A stretch of 53,392 bases of DNA. It comes from Candidatus Aminicenantales bacterium (GTDB lineage Bacteria; Acidobacteriota; Aminicenantia; Aminicenantales; UBA4085). Location: assembly GCA_049515535.1 (NCBI GenBank), contig JBEKTZ010000005.1, forward strand, positions 186,001 through 239,392. Reading direction: 5' to 3'. Of the stretch, positions 7,361 to 16,240 are shown piece after piece; the first letter of the stretch is position 1; each line of letters opens with the position of its first letter. The notes under the pieces were generated by a model that searched no databases, was not told the DNA's origin, and was given only the letters and a program-made list of their open reading frames with translations. Position numbers and translations under genes: made by a program.

Positions 7361-9490
7361 CTATTCCTCTTTTTTCTGGGAGTCTTCCTGCCGCTTCTTG
7401 GTGAGCGCGGATTTGAGCTTCTCCGCGAACAGATTGCCGAACATCCCGCCCGGGGCCTCGTCCGGCTTGGCCTCTTCGGTTTTCGGCTCTTCCGTCTCCG
7501 GCTCCGTTTCCGGCTCTGTTTCGACCGTCAGCGGTTGGGCGGCCTTCGCTTTGACGGGGGCGGCGGTCGGTGGCGCGGCGATGACTTCGGCCGGAGCTTC
7601 CTCGGTCTCTTCTTCGTCCAGCGCCTTCCCGGCGTAGAGCGCTTCGAGTTCGGATTCCTCCTCCGCGATGCGCTCTTCGATGACGCGGCGCTCGCTTTTT
7701 TTTGCATGCGGCGCCTTCTCTCCCTCGGCCTTCGGTTTCTTCTTCTTGTGAGGCTTTTCCTTCTTGGCCGCGGGCGCGGCTCCGGCCGTGGGCTTTTCCG
7801 TGACTTGGACGGCCGCGATGTCGATCTCTTCCTCCGCTTCTTCGGGGATCTCGAGCGACGCGAGTTCCTCGCCGGCGGAGATCTCCCCCGCCGCGAGCTC
7901 GGACGGAATTTCCAGGGCGACGGCTTCGAGCGCTTCTTTGATGGGGGCGGCTTCCTGGTAAAAGAAGATGCCCTTTTTCTTGTCGGATTTCGTGAATTCA
8001 AAGGTATTCAAAAGCGTCAGCTCGACGTCTTCCTGCGACGTCCGTTTCAGGATGTCGAGCAGGTGATAGGCCCGCAGGTAATGGAGGGCGTGATTCGTCG
8101 ACGGCAGGCCGAAATTCTTGAAAATCAGGACCAGGAGGTCCCTGAGGTTGAGACCCGCTCTCTGGGGGTAGAAGGCGATGAGTTTCGCCAAGGTCTCGCG
8201 CTCGATATAGATGATCTTGTTCGGCATGGCCAGGGTGGCGGCCTCTCCGGCCTCGGCGAACATGTCGGTCTTCGGATCATAGACCGGCTTGACCACGGAC
8301 AGCTTCTTTTTGGATTTCTTCAGCCAGAAGTGGAGCTGGACCGGGCCCTTGCGCTCCAGGGTCATGCTCGTCCCCTGGGGGATGTTGTTCAGGGCGAAGA
8401 AGTCCTTGAGTCCGAGGAAGGTGCTTTGCTGCGGGTAATAATAGACGATATAGTTTTTATTATCGTCGGAGTCCGTGAAGACGTATTCCCGCGAATGGGA
8501 TAACTCCTTGTTGAAGGTCTTGGGCACCTTCACGCCGCCCGAAAGAATTTCCCGCCAGGTGAGATAAACCTTGAGCGGGAAGGCATGGAAAGGCGTGACT
8601 TCGATCGGCTCGCTGGTCTCGAATTCGGGAAGCGTCGCTTCCTCGGAGGAGAGGGGAAGGTTATCGGGGAGGGCGTTCAAGACGCTCTTGAGGTGCCATT
8701 TCCCCCACTCGACCGGCGAGACCTGGATGAATTCCTTCCGGTATTTGGTTTCGAGCAGATGATTGAGCCCGAGGCAGTGAATGTCGAAGAGGTCGTTCGA
8801 GGCTTCGAAGCCCATGAACTTCTTGATAAGGTCGCCGGTCGCCGCCGATTCCTTCGTCTCCGTGATATGGACCTCCATCTCCTTGACCTTTTCCTCGGGG
8901 ATGGGCGGCTGGTTGACGGCGAGCTGCCAGAACTCGCTCCAGGAAAAAAACAGCGGCGATTTGGCCAGGGCCGACTTCAGGTTCCGCTCGAGCGTCTTGA
9001 GGTCCTTGTCGGTCATCGGGAGTTCGGTCAGGCGCGGATCTTCGCCCTTGTTCATGATTTGCGGCGCCGCGTTTGCGCCGCCGCAGTTCGCCGGCAGCAG
9101 GATCTGGGTCTTGGTCTTTTTCATATAGTCGATATACTTGCGGAACGTTCCCCCGCCCGCGTAGTCGACCTCGAGCATTTCGCAGCCGTAGTTCTTGTAG
9201 CCGATCCTGTTCACGACCTTCAACACGACCGCGCCCTTGAACGGCTCGATGGTCTTGGAGCCGACCGTCAGGCGCTCGTCGTAGTCTTTGTAGATCGAAT
9301 CCCCGATCTCGTAAACGCAGTTGGAGTCGTAAATTTTTACGTCCTGGGTGCGCTGAGTGGCCGTTTTGAGGAAGGCCAGCTTCTCGACGAGTTCCCGGAG
9401 CATGAACGGCTTGCGCGACTTCGCCAGTTCCGTTTGGACGAAGGTGATATCGTCCGGAGTCACCAGGACGAGCGAATTGTCTTTGTCCAT
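7361..9490 (-). CDS. Large hypothetical protein (709 aa) with B3-like and winged-helix-like segments and an acidic/Lys-rich tail
   Basis: Starts MDKDNS at 9490, one base after the OTC stop. The upstream extension in the ORF track overlaps OTC and is spurious. Confidence 0.85.
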   Translation of the reverse strand: MDKDNSLVLVTPDDITFVQTELAKSRKPFMLRELVEKLAFLKTATQRTQDVKIYDSNCVYEIGDSIYKDYDERLTVGSKTIEPFKGAVVLKVVNRIGYKNYGCEMLEVDYAGGGTFRKYIDYMKKTKTQILLPANCGGANAAPQIMNKGEDPRLTELPMTDKDLKTLERNLKSALAKSPLFFSWSEFWQLAVNQPPIPEEKVKEMEVHITETKESAATGDLIKKFMGFEASNDLFDIHCLGLNHLLETKYRKEFIQVSPVEWGKWHLKSVLNALPDNLPLSSEEATLPEFETSEPIEVTPFHAFPLKVYLTWREILSGGVKVPKTFNKELSHSREYVFTDSDDNKNYIVYYYPQQSTFLGLKDFFALNNIPQGTSMTLERKGPVQLHFWLKKSKKKLSVVKPVYDPKTDMFAEAGEAATLAMPNKIIYIERETLAKLIAFYPQRAGLNLRDLLVLIFKNFGLPSTNHALHYLRAYHLLDILKRTSQEDVELTLLNTFEFTKSDKKKGIFFYQEAAPIKEALEAVALEIPSELAAGEISAGEELASLEIPEEAEEEIDIAAVQVTEKPTAGAAPAAKKEKPHKKKKPKAEGEKAPHAKKSERRVIEERIAEEESELEALYAGKALDEEETEEAPAEVIAAPPTAAPVKAKAAQPLTVETEPETEPETEEPKTEEAKPDEAPGGMFGNLFAEKLKSALTKKRQEDSQKKEE

Positions 9491-9491
9491 G

Positions 9492-10415
9492 TTAATGTTT
9501 TTTCCCCATGAGTTCGAGCATGATCGCTTTTTGGAAATGCATCCGGTTTTCCGCCTGGTCGAAAACGACCGACCTGGAAGAATCGAGAACCGCGGTGGCG
9601 ACTTCCTCTTCGCGGTGGGCCGGGAGGCAGTGCATGAAGATGGCGTCGGGCTTGGCCGCGGCCATGAGCTCCAGGTTGACCTGATAGGGCGCGAAGATCT
9701 TCGCCCGGGCCTCCTTTTCCTGTTCCTGCCCCATGGATGCCCAGACGTCGGTATAAATCGCGTCGGCGCCCCGGACGGCTTCGCGCGCATCGTCGGTGAT
9801 CAAGAGCGTGAAGCCCGTTTCTTTTCCGTCCTCGCGGGCGAATCGGACCATCTCGGCGTTTGGCTCGAAGCCTTTGGGCGCGGCCACGGCCATGGCCGTT
9901 CCCGCTTTCGCCGCGGCGAGCATGAGGCTGTGGCAGACGTTGTTGCCGTCTCCCACATAAGCCAGCTTGACCTTGGACAGCCCGCCCTTTTTTTCGCGCA
10001 GAGTGAAGAAGTCGGCCATGCCCTGGCAGGGATGGCTGAGGTCGGTCAGGGCGTTGATGACGGGGATCCGCGCGGCCTTGGCCATGCGGACCGCGTTGTC
10101 GTGGCCGAAGGTGCGGAGCATGATGCCGTCCACCCAACGTTCGAGGTTGTGGGCGACGTCTTCGACGGTCTCGCGCTTGCCGAGCTGGATCTCGTTCGGG
10201 CTGAGATAGATCGCTTTCCCGCCGAGTCCGAGCATGCCGACTTCGAACGTCATGCGCGTCCGCAGGGAGGGTTTTTCAAAAATCATGGCCAGAATTTGGC
10301 CCTTGAGCTTTTTGGCGTATTTGTCCGGATGTTCCTTGATGCCCTGGGTCAGGTCCATGAGTTCATGGAATTCGTAGGTAGTGATGTTGTGGATGGAAAG
10401 GAAATCTTTATGCAT
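9492..10415 (-). CDS. arcB: Ornithine carbamoyltransferase (likely catabolic, by context)
   Basis: FEKPSLRT, HPCQ, GDGNN, DVWASMG, HCLP and QAENR motifs; adjacent to carbamate kinase. Confidence 0.93.
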   Translation of the reverse strand: MHKDFLSIHNITTYEFHELMDLTQGIKEHPDKYAKKLKGQILAMIFEKPSLRTRMTFEVGMLGLGGKAIYLSPNEIQLGKRETVEDVAHNLERWVDGIMLRTFGHDNAVRMAKAARIPVINALTDLSHPCQGMADFFTLREKKGGLSKVKLAYVGDGNNVCHSLMLAAAKAGTAMAVAAPKGFEPNAEMVRFAREDGKETGFTLLITDDAREAVRGADAIYTDVWASMGQEQEKEARAKIFAPYQVNLELMAAAKPDAIFMHCLPAHREEEVATAVLDSSRSVVFDQAENRMHFQKAIMLELMGKKH

Positions 10416-10425
10416 CGTCGGCTCC

Positions 10426-11376
10426 TTATGGAATGATCCTTGTCCCCGAGCGGTCGATCAGGGCGGCCTTGAGATGAGCGGCTGAGGTGATCAGCACTTC
10501 CTTCCCCCCGGCCCTGATGTATTCGATGGCGGCCCGGATCTTGGGTCCCATCGAGCCGGGAGGGAACTGCCCTTCGTCCAAATATTTTTGTGCTTCGGCG
10601 ATCGTCAATACCGGCATCTCCCGCTGGCCCGGTTTTCCAAACTCCAGGCAGACCCGGTTGATGCCGGTCAAAATGATGAACAGGTCCACGCCGACTTCGC
10701 GGGCGATCAGGCTCGAGGCGTAATCCTTGTCGATGACAGCTTCGACGCCCTCGTAAAGACCCCGGTTGTTGATGATGACCGGAATCCCGCCGCCGCCGGC
10801 CGCGACGACGATCCGTCCCGCCTGGACGAGATCGCGGATGATCCATTTCGGCACGATGTCGATCGGCTTGGGCGAGGGCACGATCTTGCGGTAGCCGCGG
10901 CCCGCGTCCTCGACCATCGTCCACTTCTTCTCGCGGGTCAGCTGCTGGGCCCTGAACTTGGTATAGAACGGCCCGACGGGCTTGGTCGGTTTTTCGAACG
11001 CCGGGTCGTTCCGGTCCACGAGGACCTGGGTGACCAGGGTGATGATGTCCTTGTCGATCGAATGGCGGCGCAACTCGTTGGTGACGGCCCGCTCGAGCAT
11101 GAAGCCCATGCTCCCTTCGGTCATGGCGTCGCAGATATCGAGCGTATAGGGAGGGATCTTGGTGACGGCCTCCTCCATCTGGATGAGGAGGTTGCCGACC
11201 TGCGGTCCGTTGCCGTGGACGATGATGAGCTCAAAGCCCTTGCGGACGATGTGGACCATGAGTTGGGCGGCTTTTTCCGCGTTCTTCATCTGCTCGCCCT
11301 GGATCCCGCGCTGGTTCTCGGGGAGCAGGGCATTACCTCCGAAGGCGATCAGGGCGAGGCGTCGTTTGACCGGCAT
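10426..11376 (-). CDS. arcC: Carbamate kinase
   Basis: FGGNAL, HGNGPQVG, PTKPVG, GGGGIPV, EAVIDKD and GSMGPK motifs. Confidence 0.96.
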   Translation of the reverse strand: MPVKRRLALIAFGGNALLPENQRGIQGEQMKNAEKAAQLMVHIVRKGFELIIVHGNGPQVGNLLIQMEEAVTKIPPYTLDICDAMTEGSMGFMLERAVTNELRRHSIDKDIITLVTQVLVDRNDPAFEKPTKPVGPFYTKFRAQQLTREKKWTMVEDAGRGYRKIVPSPKPIDIVPKWIIRDLVQAGRIVVAAGGGGIPVIINNRGLYEGVEAVIDKDYASSLIAREVGVDLFIILTGINRVCLEFGKPGQREMPVLTIAEAQKYLDEGQFPPGSMGPKIRAAIEYIRAGGKEVLITSAAHLKAALIDRSGTRIIP

Positions 11377-11382
11377 GGAACC

Positions 11383-12687
11383 TCAGAACTTGTTGAGCAC
11401 GTCTTCGAGGGTGGGCGATCCGATCTCCTCGAGCTCGTAGCCTACGGCGAGCATCGGCTGGCGGGTCTTGATCAGGCGGTTGAGGTCGATCGGCGTGGCG
11501 CTGACGATCAGGTCGCAATCGATCTTGTCGATCGTCTCGGCCAGCTCCCTGGTCTGGATCTCGCCGTAGCCCATGGCCGGGAGGACCTTGTCGAGATGGT
11601 TGTACTTTTCGAACGTTTTCTTGATGCTGCCTACGGCTGCGGGCCGCGGGTCGATGATCTTGGCCGCGCCGTATTTCTGCGCGGCGACGATGCCCGCGCC
11701 GTACGTCATGCCGCCGTGGGTCAGGGTCGGTCCGTCCTCGATGACGAGCACGCGCTTGCCGCGGATGCGTTCTCCGTTTTCGACGATGGTCGGGGAGTTG
11801 GCCCGAATGATCACGGCCGAGGGGTTGAACTTCCGGATGTTCTCCAAGACCTTGTCCACGCCCTCCTTCGATGCGGTGTCCATCTTGTTGATGATGATGA
11901 CATCCGCCCGGCGGAAATTGGTTTCGCCGGGATAATAGAGAAGCTCGTGCCCGGCCCTATGCGGATCGGCCACGACGATCTCGAGATCGGATTTGTAAAA
12001 GGGGAAGTCGTTGTTGCCGCCGTCCCAGAGGATGACGTCGGCTTCGTTCTCGGCTTCGCGGAGGATGGCTTCGTAGTCCACGCCGGCATAGACGATGATG
12101 CCGTTCTTTACGTGGGGTTCATACTCTTCGCGCTCCTCGATGGTGCATTCGTGCTTGGCCATGTCTTCGTAGGTCGCGAAACGCTGGACTTTCTGTTTGG
12201 CCAGGTCGCCGTAGGGCATCGGATGGCGGATGGCCGCCACGCTCCGGCCCTTTTTCTTGAGGATAAGCGCGACTTTCCGGGACGTTTGGCTCTTGCCGCT
12301 TCCGGTCCGGACAGCGCAGACGGACACGACGGGCTTTTTGCTTTTGACCATCGTGTCCAGGGGGCCGAGGAGGACGAAGCTCGCGCCGACGGCCTGCACC
12401 TGGGAGGCCTTGTGCATGACATATTCATGGGCGACGTCGCTGTAGGAAAAATAGACTTTCGTGACGCCGTGCTTTTTAATCAGGGCGTCGAGCTCTTCTT
12501 CGGGATGGATCGGAATGCCTTCGGGATAGAGCTTGCCGGCGAGCGAAGCCGGGTATTTCCGGCCCGCGATATCCGGGATCTGGGTCGCCGTGAAGGCCAC
12601 CACAAGAAAATTCGGATTGTCCCTGAAGTAGGTGTTGAAATTGTGGAAATCCCGTCCGGCGGCGCCCATGATGATCACCTTTTTCAT
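11383..12687 (-). CDS. arcE: Arginine synthetase (ArcE)-like P-loop protein (family often annotated as GTPase or cyclic 2,3-diphosphoglycerate synthetase-like)
   Basis: GAAGRDFHNFN, P-loop VRTGSGKS, RHPMPYG, EEREEYEPH, WDGGNND and EDGPTLTHGG motifs; first gene of an operon with arcC and arcB. Confidence 0.78.
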   Translation of the reverse strand: MKKVIIMGAAGRDFHNFNTYFRDNPNFLVVAFTATQIPDIAGRKYPASLAGKLYPEGIPIHPEEELDALIKKHGVTKVYFSYSDVAHEYVMHKASQVQAVGASFVLLGPLDTMVKSKKPVVSVCAVRTGSGKSQTSRKVALILKKKGRSVAAIRHPMPYGDLAKQKVQRFATYEDMAKHECTIEEREEYEPHVKNGIIVYAGVDYEAILREAENEADVILWDGGNNDFPFYKSDLEIVVADPHRAGHELLYYPGETNFRRADVIIINKMDTASKEGVDKVLENIRKFNPSAVIIRANSPTIVENGERIRGKRVLVIEDGPTLTHGGMTYGAGIVAAQKYGAAKIIDPRPAAVGSIKKTFEKYNHLDKVLPAMGYGEIQTRELAETIDKIDCDLIVSATPIDLNRLIKTRQPMLAVGYELEEIGSPTLEDVLNKF

Positions 12688-12949
12688 AAATACTTCTCCT
12701 TTAAAAACGTGTCCAAAGCTAAATTTTCAAGAACGAAAAAGGTAGTATATCTGAAAACGCCGTTATCCTCAAGAGGTAAAAGGGAGAAAGCAGGGTGGTC
12801 GTTGGAAAAGTCGACGAAGAGAGGCTAAAATCTCGTTCTGCATTTCCCACAAAAAGAATCGGTGGCGCTCATCTGGGCTCCACATCTAGTGCAAAAACGG
12901 CCCGGGATGGAAGGCGAAGGGGGGCCGAGCCCTTTTTTTTTACTTTTGA

Positions 12950-12978
12950 TTGACTCCATAAGGGGTTTTCATTAATAT
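12950..12978 (+). promoter_or_regulatory. Putative sigma70 promoter for tRNA-Val/thrS
   Basis: TTGACT (12950-55), 17-nt spacer, TAATAT (12973-78). Confidence 0.6.
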
Positions 12979-13003
12979 ATATCCGCTCTAAAACGGCACC
13001 TAT

Positions 13004-13078
13004 AGGCGCGTAGCTCAGTGGGAGAGCGCTTCCCTGACACGGAAGAGGCCGTGGGTTCAATCCCCTCCGCGCCTACCA
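13004..13078 (+). tRNA. tRNA-Val (GAC)
   Basis: Acceptor stem AGGCGCG/CGCGCCT, anticodon arm CTTCC-CTGACAC-GGAAG, TTCAATC T-loop, encoded CCA. One U-U mismatch in the T-stem. Confidence 0.97.
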
Positions 13079-13248
13079 TTGACGAACGAAGGAGTGTCTT
13101 TTCGGACAGACATATATGGCGCGAATCCTTTTGGTTATCCCGGCCATCTCAACGTGAATGTCTCGGCCGGATTCGGTTGACGACGAAAAGGGGGCCGATT
13201 TCTTGCTAAGGGCGGTTTATTATTAGATTTTACGAGCGGACAGCGAAC

Positions 13249-15033
13249 ATGGAAAACGACGACAAAAAACGAATGGAAAAGGAAGCTGAAAACGCCCTGG
13301 AAGTCTTGCGGCACAGCGCTTCACATCTTCTCGCCCATGCCGTCCTCGGTCTTTTTCCCGGGACCCAGGCCGGCATCGGCCCGGCCGTGGAAAACGGCTT
13401 TTATTATGACTTTTTGCGCGAAGAGCCGTTCAGCCTCCAGGACCTGGACGCCATCGAGGCGAAAATGCGCGAGTTGGCGGTTTCGAACGCCCCCATCGAA
13501 AAAGTGATCCTGACCAAGAACGAGGCCATTGAGCTGTTCACGGAAAAAGGTCAAACGCTTAAAGTCGAGCTGATCCGGGAGAAAGCGGGCGACACGGCTA
13601 CCTCTTACAGGCAGGGAAGTTTCATCGATTTCTGCCTTGGCCCGCATCTGCCGTCGACAGGAGAGATCGAACATTTCAAGCTGCTCTCCGTTTCCGGCGC
13701 TTATTGGAAGGGCGACGAGAAGGGCCTTCAGCTCCAACGCATTTACGGGACCGCCTTCCCGTCTCGAAAAGAGCTCGAAGCCTACCTTCTCCTTCTCGAG
13801 GAGGCCAAGAAAAGGGATCATCGCCGGCTCGGCGCGGAACTCGACCTCTTCAGCTTCGACGAAAACGTCGGCGGCGGGCTTGTCCTCTGGCATCCGAAAG
13901 GCGCCCGAATCCGGGCGATCATCGAGCAATACTGGCGCGAGCGCCATTGGAACGGCGGCTACGACATTCTTTATACACCCCATATCGGGAGGGAAAAGCT
14001 CTGGCAGACGTCCGGTCACCTCGATTTCTACAAGGACTCGATGTACTCGCCCATGGACATCGACGGGCAGAACTATTACCCCAAGCCGATGAACTGCCCG
14101 TTCCATATTTCCATTTACAAGTCCAAGGGGCGGTCCTACCGGGACCTCCCTCTCCGCTGGGCTGAATTGGGAACGGTCTATCGCTACGAGAGGAGCGGCG
14201 TCCTCCACGGCCTCCTGCGCGTCCGGGGTTTCACCCAGGACGACGCCCATCTCTTCTGCACTCCGGATCAAATGGAGGACGAGATCCTTCGCGTGCTGGA
14301 CTTCTCGATCGACATCCTGGCCGCGTTTGGATTTGTCGACAACAAAATCGAACTCTCCGTCCGCGACCCTAAAAACCTCGAAAAATACTGCGGAGCGGAC
14401 GAGATGTGGCGCCGGGCCGAGGCCTCTCTGGTCAAGGCCCTCGAGACCCGCGGTCTGAACTATGAGAGGAAGGAAGGCGAAGCCGTCTTTTACGGCCCGA
14501 AAATCGACATCAAAGTCAAAGATGCCCTCGGCCGTCTCTGGCAGTGCACGACGATCCAATTCGATTTCAACAATCCCGAGCGGTTCGACATGACCTTCGT
14601 CGCCGAGGACGGCAAAGAGCACCGGCCGTACATGATCCACCGGGCGCTCCTCGGTTCGCTCGAACGGTTCTTCGGCGTCTTGATTGAACACTACAACGGC
14701 AATTTCCCGCTCTGGCTCGCGCCGACGCAGGTCGAGATCCTTCCCATCGCCGACCGCCACCACGACTACGCCCTGAAACTCGAGGCGATGGTCAAGGATG
14801 AAGGGCTGCGGGGCCATGTCGACCTCCGCCGCGAGAAGATCAACTATAAAATCCGGGAAGCCGAGCGCATGAAGGTCCCTCTCATCCTCGTCGTGGGCGA
14901 TAAGGAAGCCGAGGCCGGCACCGCCTCGCTCCGCATCCACGGCCAGGGCGATCGAGGTCCGGTGAATGTCGCGGAGTTTCTTGCAAAAGCCAAACGATTG
15001 AATGACAATAAATCCCTGACCGTGAGTATCTAA
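13249..15033 (+). CDS. thrS: Threonine--tRNA ligase (lacks the N-terminal TGS domain)
   Basis: RHSASHL editing motif, DFCLGPH, RDHRRLG, KPMNCP, YRYERSG and HRALLGSLERF. Confidence 0.97.
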   Translation: MENDDKKRMEKEAENALEVLRHSASHLLAHAVLGLFPGTQAGIGPAVENGFYYDFLREEPFSLQDLDAIEAKMRELAVSNAPIEKVILTKNEAIELFTEKGQTLKVELIREKAGDTATSYRQGSFIDFCLGPHLPSTGEIEHFKLLSVSGAYWKGDEKGLQLQRIYGTAFPSRKELEAYLLLLEEAKKRDHRRLGAELDLFSFDENVGGGLVLWHPKGARIRAIIEQYWRERHWNGGYDILYTPHIGREKLWQTSGHLDFYKDSMYSPMDIDGQNYYPKPMNCPFHISIYKSKGRSYRDLPLRWAELGTVYRYERSGVLHGLLRVRGFTQDDAHLFCTPDQMEDEILRVLDFSIDILAAFGFVDNKIELSVRDPKNLEKYCGADEMWRRAEASLVKALETRGLNYERKEGEAVFYGPKIDIKVKDALGRLWQCTTIQFDFNNPERFDMTFVAEDGKEHRPYMIHRALLGSLERFFGVLIEHYNGNFPLWLAPTQVEILPIADRHHDYALKLEAMVKDEGLRGHVDLRREKINYKIREAERMKVPLILVVGDKEAEAGTASLRIHGQGDRGPVNVAEFLAKAKRLNDNKSLTVSI

Positions 15034-15045
15034 AGGAGGCCGCAC

Positions 15046-15687
15046 ATTTTTAGAGGAAGACAACCATTTCCGCCAGGCGGAAAACCGAAACCCCATAGGA
15101 TCAATGAGATGATTCGAGTGCCAGAGATTCGCGTGCTCGACGACGAGAAGAAACAATTGGGCGTCCTGCCCACGATGGAAGCCCTGTCTCTCGCCCGCCA
15201 GAAAGGCCTGGACCTCGTCGAGATCGCGCCGGCGGCGACGCCCCCGGTCTGCCGGATCATGGATTACGGCAAGTTTCTCTATGAGCTCCATAAGAAGGAC
15301 CATGAGGCCAAGAAGCACCAGAAAACGATCCAGCTGAAAGAGATCAAGTTCCGGCCGAAAATCAGCATCCACGATTACGCGTTCAAGCTGAAACACGTGC
15401 AGCGGTTCCTGGAGGAAGGCAACAAGGTCAAGCTCACCATCATGCTCCGCGGACGCGAGAAATCGCGCCCGGAAATGGGCCTGGCGATCCTGGACCGGGT
15501 CATCACGGACGTTCAGGGAGTCGGGAAGCCGGACGGGGGCGTTCGTCGGCAGGATTGGGCCGTCTCGGCGCTGCTCATCCCTGCGAAAATAGGAGGAAAA
15601 GATGCCAAAGTTAAAAACCCACAAGGGAGCCCAAAAGAGGTTCAAAATCACGGCCAAGAAGAAGGCGGTCCACAAGAAAGCCAATAA
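15046..15687 (+). CDS. infC: Translation initiation factor IF-3, ATT start codon
   Basis: AGGAGG at 15034-39 lies 6 nt before an in-frame ATT at 15046. RINEMIR, LDLVEI, PPVCRIMDYGK and KEIKFRP motifs. Confidence 0.93.
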   Translation: MFRGRQPFPPGGKPKPHRINEMIRVPEIRVLDDEKKQLGVLPTMEALSLARQKGLDLVEIAPAATPPVCRIMDYGKFLYELHKKDHEAKKHQKTIQLKEIKFRPKISIHDYAFKLKHVQRFLEEGNKVKLTIMLRGREKSRPEMGLAILDRVITDVQGVGKPDGGVRRQDWAVSALLIPAKIGGKDAKVKNPQGSPKEVQNHGQEEGGPQESQ

Positions 15688-15802
15688 GAGCCATATTCTC
15701 ACCAAGAAGTCTTCGAAGCGGAAACGGAACCTCGGCAAGAAGGGCATCGTGAGCCACGCGGACATCCATACCGTGAGGACGATGCTCCCTTACGAATTCT
15801 GA
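15602..15802 (+). CDS. rpmI: 50S ribosomal protein L35
   Basis: MPKLKTHKGAQKRFK…HILTKK; AGGAGG RBS. Confidence 0.97.
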   Translation: MPKLKTHKGAQKRFKITAKKKAVHKKANKSHILTKKSSKRKRNLGKKGIVSHADIHTVRTMLPYEF

Positions 15803-15883
15803 AAGCTGAAATGAGATGATAATGTCTTCCCTCCTTTTCTTTCCTTAAAAGGGGGCGAGGGGGAATTTCTCAAGGAGTGATCA

Positions 15884-16240
15884 ATGCCCAGAGTCAAACG
15901 CGGATTTAAGAAAAAAAACCGGCGGGCGAAAATCCTGAAGCTCGCCAAGGGCTATTGGGGCGCGAGGAGCTCGAACTACCGGACGGCCAAGGAGGCGGTG
16001 GAGCACGCGCTGACTTACGCCTACCGCGACCGCCGCGCTCGGAGACGCGATTTCCGGCGGCTGTGGATCGTGAGGGTCAAGGCCGCGGCCAACCTGAACG
16101 GTCTGACCTACAGCCGCTTCATCCAGGGCCTCAAAAAACTGAACATCGAACTTGACCGGAAGGTCCTGGCCGAGCTCGCGGTGAACCAGCCGCTGACGTT
16201 CGGCCGTATCGCCGCGAAAGTGAAAGATGTCGTCGCCTAG
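15884..16240 (+). CDS. rplT: 50S ribosomal protein L20
   Basis: MPRVKRG…AKGYWG…YAYRDRR…FRRLWIVR…[10 protein letters not shown]. Confidence 0.98.
   Translation: MPRVKRGFKKKNRRAKILKLAKGYWGARSSNYRTAKEAVEHALTYAYRDRRARRRDFRRLWIVRVKAAANLNGLTYSRFIQGLKKLNIELDRKVLAELAVNQPLTFGRIAAKVKDVVA

Noticed and set aside
9491..9790. 100-aa N-terminal extension of the 809-aa ORF; likewise the extended starts listed for pheT (17027), atpE (33782) and abiEii (43805)
   Set aside because: The extensions overlap neighbouring genes or lack homology; the downstream ATGs have an RBS or stop-start coupling
13004..13248. tRNA-Val as an integration site, or a T-box upstream of thrS
   Set aside because: No integrase or duplicated tRNA 3' end in the window, and no T-box consensus or terminator found
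15826..15868. Pyrimidine/purine palindromic stretch between rpmI and rplT
   Set aside because: Single imperfect hairpin with no second copy in the window; cannot distinguish a degenerate REP from chance
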